From Candidatus Binatia bacterium (GTDB taxonomy: Bacteria; Desulfobacterota; Binatia; HRBIN30): 64,000 nucleotides of DNA. The notes under the pieces were generated by a model. That model was not told where the DNA came from. It did not search any database and saw nothing but the letters and a program-made list of their open reading frames with translations. Location of the stretch: positions 37,925-101,924 of the forward strand of contig JBBRSP010000019.1 of the NCBI GenBank assembly GCA_038245295.1. The letters run 5' to 3'. Below, one piece after another: positions 18,171 through 28,639 of this stretch. The position numbers were made by a program, and so were the translations under genes. Each line of letters starts with the position of its first letter. Position 1 is the first letter of the stretch.

Positions 18171-19313
18171 TCATGGTTCTTGGTTGGAAAAGATCACCGT
18201 ACCACTGGCCGCGAACATGCCGCCGACACCGTGGCTCACCGAGATCTTGGCGCCCGGCACCTGCGCCGGAGCGATGCCGCGCATCTGCCGCACACTCTCT
18301 TGCAGCGCGTACATGCCGTACATTCCCGAGTGCATGTAGGAGAGACCGCCGCCGTTGGTATTGAGCGGCAGCATGCCGCCCGGCGCCGTATTACGCTCGG
18401 CAATGAAATCGGCCGCCTCGCCCGGCTTGCAGAAACCCAATGCTTCAAGCGCATACATCGGCAGATGCGCGAAGGCGTCATAGGCCATCATGTGATCGAC
18501 GTCGGCGTGTTTGATGCCGGCGTCGGCGAAGGCTTTTGCCCCCGACATGCGATACGCACGCGACGAGTTGAAGTCGTCCATCTGGCTGATCATCGGTGTC
18601 TCGACACTTTCGCCGGTGCCGAGGACATAGACCGGCTTCTGCGGAAAATCCTTGGCGCGTTCGGCCGACGTCAGGATCAACGCCCCGCCGCCGTCGGTGA
18701 CGAGGCAACACATCAACAGACGAAACGGATAGGCGATCATGCGCGAGTTCATCACGTCATCGATCGTAATCGGCTCGCGGTAGGTGGCGCGCGGGTTCTT
18801 CGCCGCCCATTCGCGTTGCACCACGGCGACCTGTGCCAGCTTTTCCTGGGCGATGCCGTAGGTCTTCAAATACCGCAGCACCGGAATGGTGAAGATCGAC
18901 GGCGGGCCGGCGATGCCGAACGGCGATTCGAACTGCCCCTGCAAGCTGGCGCTCGGACGACTGAAGCCACCGACTCCGACGCGCGAACGGCCGCTCTCGC
19001 CGTGGGTGATCAACACGGTCTTGCACAGCCCTTCGTTGATCGCCGCGGCGGCATGGCGCACGTGTAACATGAACGAACAGCCGCCAACCGCGGTGCCGTC
19101 GGCCCACGTCGGCTTGATCCCGAGATAATGGGCAATCGCGACGGGTGATTCACCGGCCGTGGCGACGCCGTCGATATCCGATGGCTTGAGGCCGCAATCG
19201 GCCATGGCATTCAATGCCGCATCGGCGTGCAGCATGATCTGCGACACATCCGGGATCACACCGAGCTTGGTGGTCTCGGCCGCTCCTACAACAGCAACGG
19301 TATTCGGCTTCAT
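18171..19313 (-). CDS. SCP-x/Ltp2-type thiolase-like protein
   Basis: VGGCS, CCLVTDGGGA, YDAF, NTNGGGLSYMH. Confidence 0.88.
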   Translation of the reverse strand: MKPNTVAVVGAAETTKLGVIPDVSQIMLHADAALNAMADCGLKPSDIDGVATAGESPVAIAHYLGIKPTWADGTAVGGCSFMLHVRHAAAAINEGLCKTVLITHGESGRSRVGVGGFSRPSASLQGQFESPFGIAGPPSIFTIPVLRYLKTYGIAQEKLAQVAVVQREWAAKNPRATYREPITIDDVMNSRMIAYPFRLLMCCLVTDGGGALILTSAERAKDFPQKPVYVLGTGESVETPMISQMDDFNSSRAYRMSGAKAFADAGIKHADVDHMMAYDAFAHLPMYALEALGFCKPGEAADFIAERNTAPGGMLPLNTNGGGLSYMHSGMYGMYALQESVRQMRGIAPAQVPGAKISVSHGVGGMFAASGTVIFSNQEP

Positions 19314-19723
19314 GACTTGGCACCCGCGGGTCGGAAGAAAGGCAAGGTGATGCTGTCGTCTTGCTTCTCGAACACCACCTCAAGGGGCATATCGAGTAGC
19401 AACGCCTCCGGCGTTTGCGCGCAACCGACGATGTTCGTCATCATCCGTGGTCCCTCTTCAAGCTCGACCACGGCAATCGCGTACGGCGGCGTAAAGCCTG
19501 GTACCGGGCGCGCGTGAATCACGTAACTGTAGAGCGATGCCCGCCCGCTCGCCTGGAATATCGTCGTGTCGCGCGACCCACACTGCGGGCAGAAGGGCCG
19601 CGGCGGGAAGTAGGCGTCGTCGCAATGGGTGCAACGCTGCAGTCGCAGCTCATTCTGTCGCGTGCCTTCCCAGAAGTGCGCCGTTTCGGGCGTCGGTGTT
19701 GGTAGTGCTCTTCCTGAACTCAT
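19310..19723 (-). CDS. Zn-ribbon/OB-fold (DUF35) protein
   Basis: CTHC...PPRPFCPQC, VELEEGPRMMTNI; coupled to the thiolase. Confidence 0.9.
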   Translation of the reverse strand: MSSGRALPTPTPETAHFWEGTRQNELRLQRCTHCDDAYFPPRPFCPQCGSRDTTIFQASGRASLYSYVIHARPVPGFTPPYAIAVVELEEGPRMMTNIVGCAQTPEALLLDMPLEVVFEKQDDSITLPFFRPAGAKS

Positions 19724-19907
19724 GCTCGGCCTTTCTTTGCCGCGCGGTGGCGCGGGCGAATCGCGAGAGGGTTCCATAGCGCCGCTCCTCCCGCAACGTA
19801 CCCGCCGCGCATACAGGCGGTTTGATTGGTCGTCCGTATTGGGCGGAGGACGAGGGCTGCCGCGCTCGGCGAGGGATAGCCAGGCGTTGGTCGGCGCCAG
19901 CGGTTCG

Positions 19908-19933
19908 CCGGGCGGTTCGCAAACCGCCCCTAC
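19908..19933. repeat. GTAG-type REP-like palindrome
   Basis: gggcggttcgcaaaccgcccctac. Confidence 0.55.
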
Positions 19934-21357
19934 AACGCGCGCCGGTCCGCGAGCTTTTGCAAATTGTCTTCGTGCTTTTCGCGGGTGATGCTGTAGGTCG
20001 ACAAGAAAGACAACGTACCGACGTAGAGCACGAAAATCGCCGGCACGTAGACGAGTGCCAGGTTGCGGACGATCTCAGGCGGCACCTCACCCGGTTTGGC
20101 GCCGGACGGAAACCCGATGAAGCTCAGCAAGACGGTCGAGGCAAAGATGCCGAAGCCTGACACCGCCTTCTGCATGAACGCGTTGGCAGCGAAGAAGACG
20201 CCCTCCGATCGCCGCCCGGTGGTGAGCTCGCTGTCCTCGACGACATCGGCCATCATCGACGACACCAGGATGCTCGACAGGATGATCAGCGTGACCACCA
20301 CGGTATTCGCGACGAGCAGGATCGGCATCAACCACGGCGAGCCATTCGCCGGGAAGAGATCGACGAGACGCAGCAGCATGGCCAGCGGCGCGATGACGCC
20401 GGCCGAGACGGCAGTCCGCATCGCCGCCGGACGTTTACCTCCGTAGCGGACCGACACACTCGGGACCAAAGCCAACGCCGCCGCCGCCGAAGCAAAGTTC
20501 GCCAACACCAGCACCGAAATCTCGTTCGACGTCAGTTCCCAGAAAAACGCGTTGAAGTAGACGTTCAACGCCGCCGTAAGACCACCGGCCAACGACGAGA
20601 AGAACGACGCACCGAAGAGCGCCAGGAAGGGACGGTTCGAAACCGTCTCACGCAGCTCGCGCAACGCCCCGAACAGACCGAGCGAGCGCTTCGGCGGCGG
20701 TTTGCGCAGGTGCGGAATATGCGAGTGGGTGCCGGCCGCCGAGATCAAGATGGCGATAGCCATGACCACGGCCGAAGCCAGACCATAGTGGCGATAGCCG
20801 GTCTGGTTGAGGACGCCGACCGGATACTCGGCGTTGGGCTGCAGGAAGATCGCGAAGGCCAACGCGGCCATCGTCAGCCCACCCCACCAACCGAAGAAGA
20901 AGCGGAAGCCGAGTATCGAGGTGCGCTCTTCGTACCCGTCGCTGAGCTCGGCGGCCAACGACACGCTGGGGATTTCGTAGAAGGAGATGAAAAAGCGCAC
21001 CAGGATGGCAACGACGATGAAGTAGGTGAGCAACTGTGGTTGCGACAATCCTGCCGGCGGCGACCACAGCAGGTAATACGACACGGCTACCGGAATCGCC
21101 GAGGCGTACATGAACGGATGGCGACGGCCCCAGCGCGAATGCAGATGGTCAGACAGGTGACCGACAACCGGATCCCAGATGGCGTCGGCGATGAGAGCGA
21201 TCATGATCCCAAAGCCGACCCAGCGCTCGGGCAGCCCGAGGACCTGATTGTAGTACAGCAACAGCAGGAAGCCGAAGCCGTTGTCCTTCACACCGAAGGC
21301 GACCGACCCGAAGCCGTAGAACAGCTTGGTTCGTAAACTGACGCTGTGACTCGTCAC
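19930..21357 (-). CDS. GPH-family (MFS) sugar:cation symporter
   Basis: DAIWDPVVGHLSD, WGRRHPF, MMADVVE, TGRRSEG; about 12 hydrophobic segments. Confidence 0.9.
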   Translation of the reverse strand: MTSHSVSLRTKLFYGFGSVAFGVKDNGFGFLLLLYYNQVLGLPERWVGFGIMIALIADAIWDPVVGHLSDHLHSRWGRRHPFMYASAIPVAVSYYLLWSPPAGLSQPQLLTYFIVVAILVRFFISFYEIPSVSLAAELSDGYEERTSILGFRFFFGWWGGLTMAALAFAIFLQPNAEYPVGVLNQTGYRHYGLASAVVMAIAILISAAGTHSHIPHLRKPPPKRSLGLFGALRELRETVSNRPFLALFGASFFSSLAGGLTAALNVYFNAFFWELTSNEISVLVLANFASAAAALALVPSVSVRYGGKRPAAMRTAVSAGVIAPLAMLLRLVDLFPANGSPWLMPILLVANTVVVTLIILSSILVSSMMADVVEDSELTTGRRSEGVFFAANAFMQKAVSGFGIFASTVLLSFIGFPSGAKPGEVPPEIVRNLALVYVPAIFVLYVGTLSFLSTYSITREKHEDNLQKLADRRAL

Positions 21358-21587
21358 GCAGCGATTAGTCCTGCCGACGCCTGGCCGCGCGTGTTAGGGC
21401 GATCCACCGCTTCGATGTTTTCGTCGAGAGCGGCCCATGGCTCGAGGGTCATCGGCCAAGTCCACTCCGCGGTTGCGGCACTGCGCGGCATACGTCGGAA
21501 CTAGCACGCGGTCACAACAGGAAGAAAGGCCGATGCTCGCTGCCGGGCGGCAACGCTTCTGCCGCCTCACGGGACGGCAGAGGGGGG

Positions 21588-22415
21588 TTACTCGTCGAAC
21601 TCTTCGAGCTCCTCGAGCTCGGGGGTCATGAGCGCTTCCTGTACGGCATCGGCAATATCTTCGTCGGGATCGTCGACGAGCTCGGCGAGAACCTCGATGG
21701 CTTGCTGCGGCCGGATGCTGCCAACCGCTGCGATGGCGGCGAGCAACAACGGCTTGCTGACGGATCTGGTGCGGACCATGTTCACGACGTCAGACCAAGC
21801 GGCATCAAGACTCCAGGCACCGGTCGCACCGATGGCCTCGCAAAGAATCTCTTCGTCGTCGCTGCCGAGAGCCTCGAGGATTTGTTTGTCGAAGCCGGGC
21901 AGGAACTGCATGCAGAAGACGGCCGTGAGTTTCCATTCCGCGTCGCCGCTCGCGTAGGCGGCACGCGTCGCACCCTTGTGCCAGTCATCGGGTGCTCGGA
22001 CCGCCGCTTCGAGAGCTCGGCGCCGCACGAGTTTTGGCGCGTTGGGATCGGCGTGGACCTGGCGCAGCGTCATACAGATGCGGTCGAACATTTCTTCCGA
22101 GACACGTGTCTCTTCGTCGCCGAACCCATCCAGGTCGCCTTCCTCGAGGGTCGGTCCGAGAGAGATCGCCGCCATCCCACGCAACTCGGCCGGTTCGTCG
22201 TTGCTGCGGACGATCGACAGCAACGCATCCAGCAACGCCGGTGTCTTCTCGGGCAACTCGCCGGCAAGCTCCGCCGCCAGTATGCGGTCGGCAGGATTCG
22301 CCTCCGGGTTGCGCAAGAACTCCAAGAACGTATCGTTGGCATCCGCAGGCCACTCCCACGGTGGCAGTTCCATCAAGAGGGCAAGATCGGGGTTCGTATT
22401 CTCTGTGGTGCTCAT
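21588..22415 (-). CDS. HEAT-repeat-like protein
   Basis: Helical repeats (VRRRALEA, DPDEDIADAVQEAL); start chosen at MSTTE. Confidence 0.65.
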   Translation of the reverse strand: MSTTENTNPDLALLMELPPWEWPADANDTFLEFLRNPEANPADRILAAELAGELPEKTPALLDALLSIVRSNDEPAELRGMAAISLGPTLEEGDLDGFGDEETRVSEEMFDRICMTLRQVHADPNAPKLVRRRALEAAVRAPDDWHKGATRAAYASGDAEWKLTAVFCMQFLPGFDKQILEALGSDDEEILCEAIGATGAWSLDAAWSDVVNMVRTRSVSKPLLLAAIAAVGSIRPQQAIEVLAELVDDPDEDIADAVQEALMTPELEELEEFDE

Positions 22416-22512
22416 GATCACGGCTATGCGCCACGCCGGCCGTCCTGGCAAGACACGTTTCCGTTTCTGGTCAGCGGTGAATTGCTCTGCTAGTTCAGCG
22501 TCGATGTTTCTC

Positions 22513-23091
22513 ATGCGGCGACCCTCACTGGTTAAGCTACTCGCGTTGAGCCTTTTTCTTGTCGCTCGGACGGCCGCGGCAACCACGGTCGTGCAGCGCG
22601 ACTTCAGCGACCTGGTGGCGCGCGCCGAGCAAGTCGTCATTGGCACCGTCACCAAGATCGTCCAGGACACTGACAACAACGGGGCACCGCGCACCCTGGT
22701 GACATTTGAAGATTTGTCGATCCTGAAGGGCTCGGTGGGTAGCTCGCTGACCCTCGACTTCTACGGTGGCCGCGACGGTGAGCATGTGACCGCGATTTCC
22801 GACATGCCGATCTTTCACGAAGGGGAGCGCGCCGTGTTGTTCGTTGCTGACAACGGTAAAGCGATCTGCCCGCTGGTCGGCGTTTGGCAAGGCCGGTTCC
22901 GTGTTCGTTTTGATGCGCGGCGCGGCACCGAAGTCGTCGACTCGAACGATGGGCGCGCCGTGGTGGGTCGCCAAAAACGAGCCTTGGTACTGGCGCCGGC
23001 GGGTGCCGCTTCAGACACGACATCGGCGCTCACCCTCGATCAGTTTCGCGGCATGGTCGCCGACGAGCTGGCCCGTCCGGGAGCGGAGTAG
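22513..23091 (+). CDS. Secreted protein resembling the N-terminal/pro-domain found on matrixin-like proteases
   Basis: Signal peptide, ATT...DLVARAEQVVIGTV, PIFHEGERAVLF, VGVWQGRF. Confidence 0.65.
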   Translation: MRRPSLVKLLALSLFLVARTAAATTVVQRDFSDLVARAEQVVIGTVTKIVQDTDNNGAPRTLVTFEDLSILKGSVGSSLTLDFYGGRDGEHVTAISDMPIFHEGERAVLFVADNGKAICPLVGVWQGRFRVRFDARRGTEVVDSNDGRAVVGRQKRALVLAPAGAASDTTSALTLDQFRGMVADELARPGAE

Positions 23092-23094
23092 ACC

Positions 23095-23916
23095 ATGCGC
23101 CACCGATTCCTCGCCTCGATTCTTGTCGCAATGCTGCTCATTCTGCTGGTCAGCGTGAGCCGCGCGGCTGCCTACGTGTGCATCGGTTCGAACGGCAAGT
23201 GTGTGCACTGGGCGTCACACGCCGCCACCCTGCGCTCCCTCCTGGGCACGCCGCAAACGGCGCTGATCAACGGCACGACGACATGGGACCAGAACTCGGC
23301 GCTCGCCGCTTCCGACTGGAACGCCGTGCAGGCCAACTTCAAGTTTAGCGTCGAAATTGGCGGGCAGTTCAACAACCCCTGTGGCGCCCGCGGCAACGGC
23401 CATGTGTGCACCAACACCGGTCCTACCGGCGACAATCCGGTCTTCTTTGCCGACGACTTCTGTGGCCGCGCGTTCGGCGACGTCATCGAGCTCACCAACA
23501 ACTGTTACAACCCCGGCTCGGCCGAGCTGTTCAACGCACCGGTCTTCGTCAACCGCACCGTACAATGGAATGCCTATGATGGGCCGATCCGCTTCAGCTC
23601 GCCGGGGGTTCCGATCTACGACATCCGCCGCGTGCTTCTCCACGAATTCGGCCACGCTCTTGGGCTCGACCATCCGGACGACGCCAACCAAACGGTAGCG
23701 GCGATCATGAACAGCCGCGTCAGCAACCTCGACCGTCTTCAAGACGACGACCGCGGCGGTATCGTAGCGATCTACGCGCAAGCAGCCCCGGCACCGAGCA
23801 GTGGCAATTGCGCCATCCTGCCGGCGCAGGCAGCGGCCGGAGCCTGGCCACTGTTGGTGTTTGCCGCCGGCCTGTTCATCCAAAGGCGGCGATCATCACG
23901 CTGCCGAGCGCAATGA
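23095..23916 (+). CDS. Matrixin (M10)-family metzincin protease with C-terminal sorting signal
   Basis: HEFGHALGLDH, AIMN Met-turn, C-terminal SSGNC + hydrophobic segment + RRR. Confidence 0.85.
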   Translation: MRHRFLASILVAMLLILLVSVSRAAAYVCIGSNGKCVHWASHAATLRSLLGTPQTALINGTTTWDQNSALAASDWNAVQANFKFSVEIGGQFNNPCGARGNGHVCTNTGPTGDNPVFFADDFCGRAFGDVIELTNNCYNPGSAELFNAPVFVNRTVQWNAYDGPIRFSSPGVPIYDIRRVLLHEFGHALGLDHPDDANQTVAAIMNSRVSNLDRLQDDDRGGIVAIYAQAAPAPSSGNCAILPAQAAAGAWPLLVFAAGLFIQRRRSSRCRAQ

Positions 23917-24736
23917 CGCTGGCGCCGGCGAGTCGAAATCGCAGATCACCTTCACCCAGGAAGAAGTACCCGAGCAACACGCCGAAGACGATGCTGCATT
24001 GGCGCAAGCCGAGGACGTAGCTCGCCGGTGAGGTCTGCAGCGCCCACAAGACCAAGAGATACGACGACGGGCCGACCAGGCCGGTGAACAGCATCGACTT
24101 GCCCGCGCGCCCAAGCTCGGCACGGACACGACCCGGCAGCCCGCGCCCGATCGACAAGGCGATCAGCGACGATTCACCCATCAACAAGAGATACATGTAG
24201 ATCAGCGGCGGCACGTGGCGCACACCCTGTTTGTCGACAATGGTGAATACGGCGATGAACACCGCCGTGATCAGCGCGTAGCGAGTGACACGCGCCCGCA
24301 TCACGGTGCGCAAGCCGTGCAGACGGATCGCCGGCAGTTGTAGAAGCATAGCGCCGAGGCCGGCGAGAAATGTGCCCGCCACGCCGCCGACGCTGAGAAC
24401 GCCGCGTGTCGTCAACAAGTCCCAGAAAGTGACGAGAACCGGCGCCGTGCGGCTCAACGGATAGGCGATCGACAGGTCGCCGGCGTCATAGGCTTTCAGC
24501 AGGAACAACGCGTAGAACGCGTGTGCCACCGAGGTGAGCACAACCCAAAGCCAGCCGATCGGTGTGATCCCGGAGGCCGGCCAGTTCCACACCACAAGCG
24601 GCGCGTAACACACCGACGTGACTAGCCACTGTCCGAGGAAGAAGGCGCGCCGATCGCCGCTGCCCTTGTTGAGGAAATTCCACAACGCGTGGAGCAAGGC
24701 CGAGAGCAGCACGAGGGCGAGGGCCGACGAGGTCAT
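23876..24736 (-). CDS. EamA/DMT family transporter
   Basis: SALLHALWN, GDLSIAYPLSR, LRQCSIVFG. Confidence 0.9.
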   Translation of the reverse strand: MTSSALALVLLSALLHALWNFLNKGSGDRRAFFLGQWLVTSVCYAPLVVWNWPASGITPIGWLWVVLTSVAHAFYALFLLKAYDAGDLSIAYPLSRTAPVLVTFWDLLTTRGVLSVGGVAGTFLAGLGAMLLQLPAIRLHGLRTVMRARVTRYALITAVFIAVFTIVDKQGVRHVPPLIYMYLLLMGESSLIALSIGRGLPGRVRAELGRAGKSMLFTGLVGPSSYLLVLWALQTSPASYVLGLRQCSIVFGVLLGYFFLGEGDLRFRLAGASVIALGSVMIAAFG

Positions 24737-24811
24737 GCGTCGGCCTATGCAATCGCCGCCCCGGTTGCAACCAGCAGTGGTTCCAACGACCTCGATGGCG
24801 CCCGGCCAGTT

Positions 24812-24946
24812 CTTGCCGTTGCCGTTACTCTTGCCGTTGCCCGTGCCCTTGCCCGTTCTATTCTTGTGGCGCGCGACCTGACTTTGGGCACGGGCACGGA
24901 CCGGGCAAGGGCACTGGCAACGGCAAGGGCAAGGGCAAGGGCAAGT
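24812..24946. repeat. Hexamer microsatellite-like arms (TTGCCG/TTGCCC vs GGGCAA/GGGCAC) forming a large inverted repeat
   Basis: Direct reading of the sequence. Confidence 0.75.
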
Positions 24947-24993
24947 TTAGGAAGTGGTCGACACATACTGCAACTGATGAAAGGATGCTCGTC

Positions 24994-25386
24994 ATGCTGC
25001 GCGTTACCCGCTTGGATCACTTCGTCCTACGCGTGCGCGATCTCGAGCGCTCGCTGGAATTCTATGGCAACATTCTCGGTCTACCGATCGAGTTCCTCGA
25101 TGACTACCGCGCCGGCCGACGTCCCTTCGTATCGGCGCGGGTTGGCGATCAACTGATCGACCTCGTTCCCGACCCCACCTACGACGGCACCGGCGGCGGC
25201 ATGTTGCACTTCTGCGTTGAGATTGACGGCAGTCTGGCGGCCGTGCTGCCGCAGCTCAAAGAGCGTGGCGTCGATGTGATCGAAGAGCAGCCGATGGCAC
25301 GTATGGGAGCACGCGGTGTCGGCCTGGCGTCGTACGTGCGCGATCCCGACGGGTATGTCGTCGAATTGAAGGAGCCGGTCCGATGA
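24994..25386 (+). CDS. VOC/glyoxalase family protein
   Basis: LDHFVLRVRDLERSLEFY, HFC, YVRDPDGYVVEL. Confidence 0.9.
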   Translation: MLRVTRLDHFVLRVRDLERSLEFYGNILGLPIEFLDDYRAGRRPFVSARVGDQLIDLVPDPTYDGTGGGMLHFCVEIDGSLAAVLPQLKERGVDVIEEQPMARMGARGVGLASYVRDPDGYVVELKEPVR

Positions 25387-26756
25387 AACGCTTCCTCATC
25401 GTCTCGTTGGTACTCGCCTCCTGTGTCGGTATCACCAACGCCGCCGAGGTGAACTGGGACTCGATCGAGAGCGAAGCGGCGCAGATGCTGAGCGACTATA
25501 TCCATATCGATACGACGAATCCGCCGGGCAACGAGCTTGCGGCGGCGAACTTCCTGGCCGAGCGTTTTCGCGCCGAAGGCATCGGCGCGGAGGTTTTCGA
25601 GTCGGCGCCGGGTCGCGGCTCCGTTGTGGCACGCGTGAAGGGCACCGGCGGTGGCCGCGCCGTCGCGCTGCTCAATCACCTCGATGTCGTGCCTGCCAAT
25701 GCATCGGAATGGGACACGCCGCCGTTCGAAGGTGTGCGCCGCGGCGCCCACATCTACGGACGGGGCGCCCTCGACTGCAAAGGCGTCGGAGTAATCGAAG
25801 CGATGACGTTGATTCAGCTCAAGCGCGCCGGCATCCCGCTCAAGCGTGATGTTGTCTTCCTCGGTACCGCCGATGAAGAGGCGGGCGGCAAGGTGGGTGC
25901 CGGTTCGTTGGTCGCAAACCAATTCGACCGCATTCGCGACGTCGAGTTTGTGCTCAACGAGGGTGGTCACATTCACCTGCAAGGCAACGGCTCGCGTGTC
26001 TATGAGGTGGCGGTCTCCGAAAAGACGCCTTGCTGGCTGCGGCTGACCGCCGAAGGGCACCCCGGGCACGGATCGGCACCGCCGCCGCAGACATCGGTGA
26101 CGCGCCTGCTGACGGCGTTGAATCGCGCCCAGGCCTACAAACCGGAAATGAAAGTTACACCGGAAGTCCAGGCCTACTTCGCCGCCCTCGCCGAGCAACA
26201 GGTTGGCGAGCGGCGCGAGCAGTACAAGGATCTGCGCACCGCCCTCGGTGTCACGGCGTTCCGCAACACATTCCTCGGTGACGGCCACAACGCGGCGCTG
26301 GTCTTCAATACACTGACACCAACCGTGTTGACCGCCAGCCCGAAGACCAATGTGATTCCCAAGACAGCCTCGGCGGAGCTCGATTGCCGTTTGCTGCCGG
26401 GTGAAAATCCCAACGCCTTCGTCGCCAAGATTCGCAAACTGATCAACGTTCCCGACATCAAGATCGACGTGATGTTGAACTTCCCACCTTCGGCATCACC
26501 CACCGACACGGCCCTCTTCGATGCAATTCGGGCCCAGGCACGACGCGACAGCAGCATGGTAGTGCCGAGTGTGCTTACCGGCTTCACAGACAGCCACTAT
26601 TTTCGCGACAAGGGCATCGCCAGCTACGGCTTCATCCCGGTGGCACTCACCGACGGTGACACTCTCGGTGAGCACGGCGTCAATGAACGGCTCTCCACGG
26701 CAAATCTGGTTGATGGGACACGCCGCATGATCGATCTGTTGCAATTGCTCGAGTAG
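25383..26756 (+). CDS. Secreted M20/M25/M40 metallo-hydrolase
   Basis: HLDVVP, GRGALDCK, DEE, NEGG, HGVNE. Confidence 0.92.
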   Translation: MKRFLIVSLVLASCVGITNAAEVNWDSIESEAAQMLSDYIHIDTTNPPGNELAAANFLAERFRAEGIGAEVFESAPGRGSVVARVKGTGGGRAVALLNHLDVVPANASEWDTPPFEGVRRGAHIYGRGALDCKGVGVIEAMTLIQLKRAGIPLKRDVVFLGTADEEAGGKVGAGSLVANQFDRIRDVEFVLNEGGHIHLQGNGSRVYEVAVSEKTPCWLRLTAEGHPGHGSAPPPQTSVTRLLTALNRAQAYKPEMKVTPEVQAYFAALAEQQVGERREQYKDLRTALGVTAFRNTFLGDGHNAALVFNTLTPTVLTASPKTNVIPKTASAELDCRLLPGENPNAFVAKIRKLINVPDIKIDVMLNFPPSASPTDTALFDAIRAQARRDSSMVVPSVLTGFTDSHYFRDKGIASYGFIPVALTDGDTLGEHGVNERLSTANLVDGTRRMIDLLQLLE

Positions 26757-26802
26757 GTCGATGAGGTGCTGGTGGCCGTTCATCCATTCGCCTCGGAGCA
26801 CG

Positions 26803-26827
26803 CCGCAGGCTGAAGCCTGCGCCTACC
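26803..26827. repeat. GTAG-type REP copy
   Basis: Identical core to 18036-18060. Confidence 0.8.
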
Positions 26828-26890
26828 AGTTTGAATACAAAGCCGCGGCGGCGGTTGATCGACGCACACGCATAGAGAGGGAGATAGGGC

Positions 26891-28609
26891 ATGGCTGATC
26901 TACTGATTCGCGGTGGAACGATCGTCGATGGCTCGGGGGCGCCGGCCTTCGAAGGGGACGTCGTCATTGATGGTGACCGTGTCACCTCGGTCGGCAAATA
27001 CGACGGCGCCGCGACGGAAGTGATCGATGCACGCGGCAAGGTGGTGACGCCGGGCTTCATCGACGTTCATACACACCTCGACGCGCAGCTCACCTGGGAC
27101 CCGCTCGGCTCGCCCTCGAATCTACACGGCGTTACGTCGGTAATCGTCGGCAACTGCGGTGTCGGTTTTGCGCCGTGTAAACCGAAGGATCGCGACTACC
27201 TGATGTTCCTGATGGAAGGGGTGGAAGACATTCCACAAGCGGCGCTGCGCGAAGGGCTCAATTGGGATTGGGAGACCTTCCCCGAGTATCTCGCGTCGCT
27301 CGGACGCCGCCCGCTTGGCCTCAACGTTGGAGCCCACATCAGCCACGCGCCGCTACGCATCTACGCGATGGGTGAGCGCGGTGCGACCGAGGCGCCGCCA
27401 AGCGACGTGGAGTTGGCGATGATGCGCGCCGCGGTTTCGGAGGCCGTACGCGCCGGCGCTCTCGGGTTCGATACGGGTCGGACACTCATGCATCGCACGC
27501 CGGCCTGGGATCCAGTACCGGGGACCTTCGCCGACCAGCGCGAGCTCTCGGAGCTGGCCGCGGGTCTGCGCGATGCGGGTGCCGGTGTCTTCGAGCTCGT
27601 TGGCCTCGGCGGCGCCGGAGAAGATGCGCACGGCCACGAGAAGGACTTCTCGTGGATGGTACCGGTGGCGCAGCAAAGCGGTCGGCCGATCAGCTTCTCG
27701 ATGATCCAGAATCTCAACTACCCCGATGTGTGGCGCGACATCCTCGGGCGAGCCGAGCGCGCCAATCAGCAGGGCGCGCGCATCATGCCGCAAATCGCGG
27801 TGCGTAGTGTAGGCGTGCTGCTCGGCTTCGGCATTGCCTTGTCACCCTTGTCGTTGTTCCCTGGCGCGTTCGAGCTGCTCGAAAAGCCGGTCGAGGAGCA
27901 ACGACGCGCGCTGCGCGATCCAAGCGTGCAGGCCAAGATACGCGCCAGCATCAGCGAGACGAGCGGCTCGATCCTTGGCGGCATGGCAAGCTTCGACAAT
28001 GTCTTCCCGCTCGCCGCGGGTGGTGTCATGGCGTATGAGAACCACCCGCGGAACAACATCGTCGAGATCGGCAAGCGCCAGGGCAAACACCCTCTCGATG
28101 TCGTCCTCGATCTGCTGATCGAACACGACGGACGCAATTTCTTCCTGGTCCCGTTGTTCAACAGCGACATCGAAGCGGCCGGTGCGATGGTCGAACATCC
28201 GCTGAGCACGATCGGTCTCGGTGATTCCGGAGCGCATCTCAGCCAGACGTCCGACTCGGGATACGCAACGTTTCTACTCGCCTACTGGGTACGTCAACGT
28301 CGCCGCCTGACGTTGGAACGCGCCGTTGAGAAGCTGACCTCGGCGCAGGCGAAGATGTGGAACCTACGTGATCGCGGCGTGCTGCGTCCGGGGGCGTTCG
28401 CCGACCTCAACGTCATCGACTTCGATCGTCTCGATCTACAACTCCCCGAAGTGCGCCACGACTTGCCGACGGGAGCGCCGCATCTGCACCAGGGCGCCTT
28501 CGGGTACGACGCGAGCGTCGTCAACGGACGGATCCTCATGCGTGAGGGCAAACATCTCGGCGCATATCCAGGTGTTGTCTTGAAGAACGCGGTGTCCGAG
28601 CAGGCGTGA
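26891..28609 (+). CDS. N-acyl-D-amino-acid deacylase-type amidohydrolase
   Basis: PGFIDVHTHLD, GNCGVGFAP, GDSGAH, ADLNVID. Confidence 0.9.
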   Translation: MADLLIRGGTIVDGSGAPAFEGDVVIDGDRVTSVGKYDGAATEVIDARGKVVTPGFIDVHTHLDAQLTWDPLGSPSNLHGVTSVIVGNCGVGFAPCKPKDRDYLMFLMEGVEDIPQAALREGLNWDWETFPEYLASLGRRPLGLNVGAHISHAPLRIYAMGERGATEAPPSDVELAMMRAAVSEAVRAGALGFDTGRTLMHRTPAWDPVPGTFADQRELSELAAGLRDAGAGVFELVGLGGAGEDAHGHEKDFSWMVPVAQQSGRPISFSMIQNLNYPDVWRDILGRAERANQQGARIMPQIAVRSVGVLLGFGIALSPLSLFPGAFELLEKPVEEQRRALRDPSVQAKIRASISETSGSILGGMASFDNVFPLAAGGVMAYENHPRNNIVEIGKRQGKHPLDVVLDLLIEHDGRNFFLVPLFNSDIEAAGAMVEHPLSTIGLGDSGAHLSQTSDSGYATFLLAYWVRQRRRLTLERAVEKLTSAQAKMWNLRDRGVLRPGAFADLNVIDFDRLDLQLPEVRHDLPTGAPHLHQGAFGYDASVVNGRILMREGKHLGAYPGVVLKNAVSEQA

Positions 28610-28639
28610 GGACAACCTGACTCTGTCGTCCCCGCGAAG

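Noticed and set aside
21976..22512. Long N-terminal extension of ORF 21976-23091 and other long antisense ORFs
   Set aside because: Shadow frames typical of high-GC DNA overlapping better-supported genes
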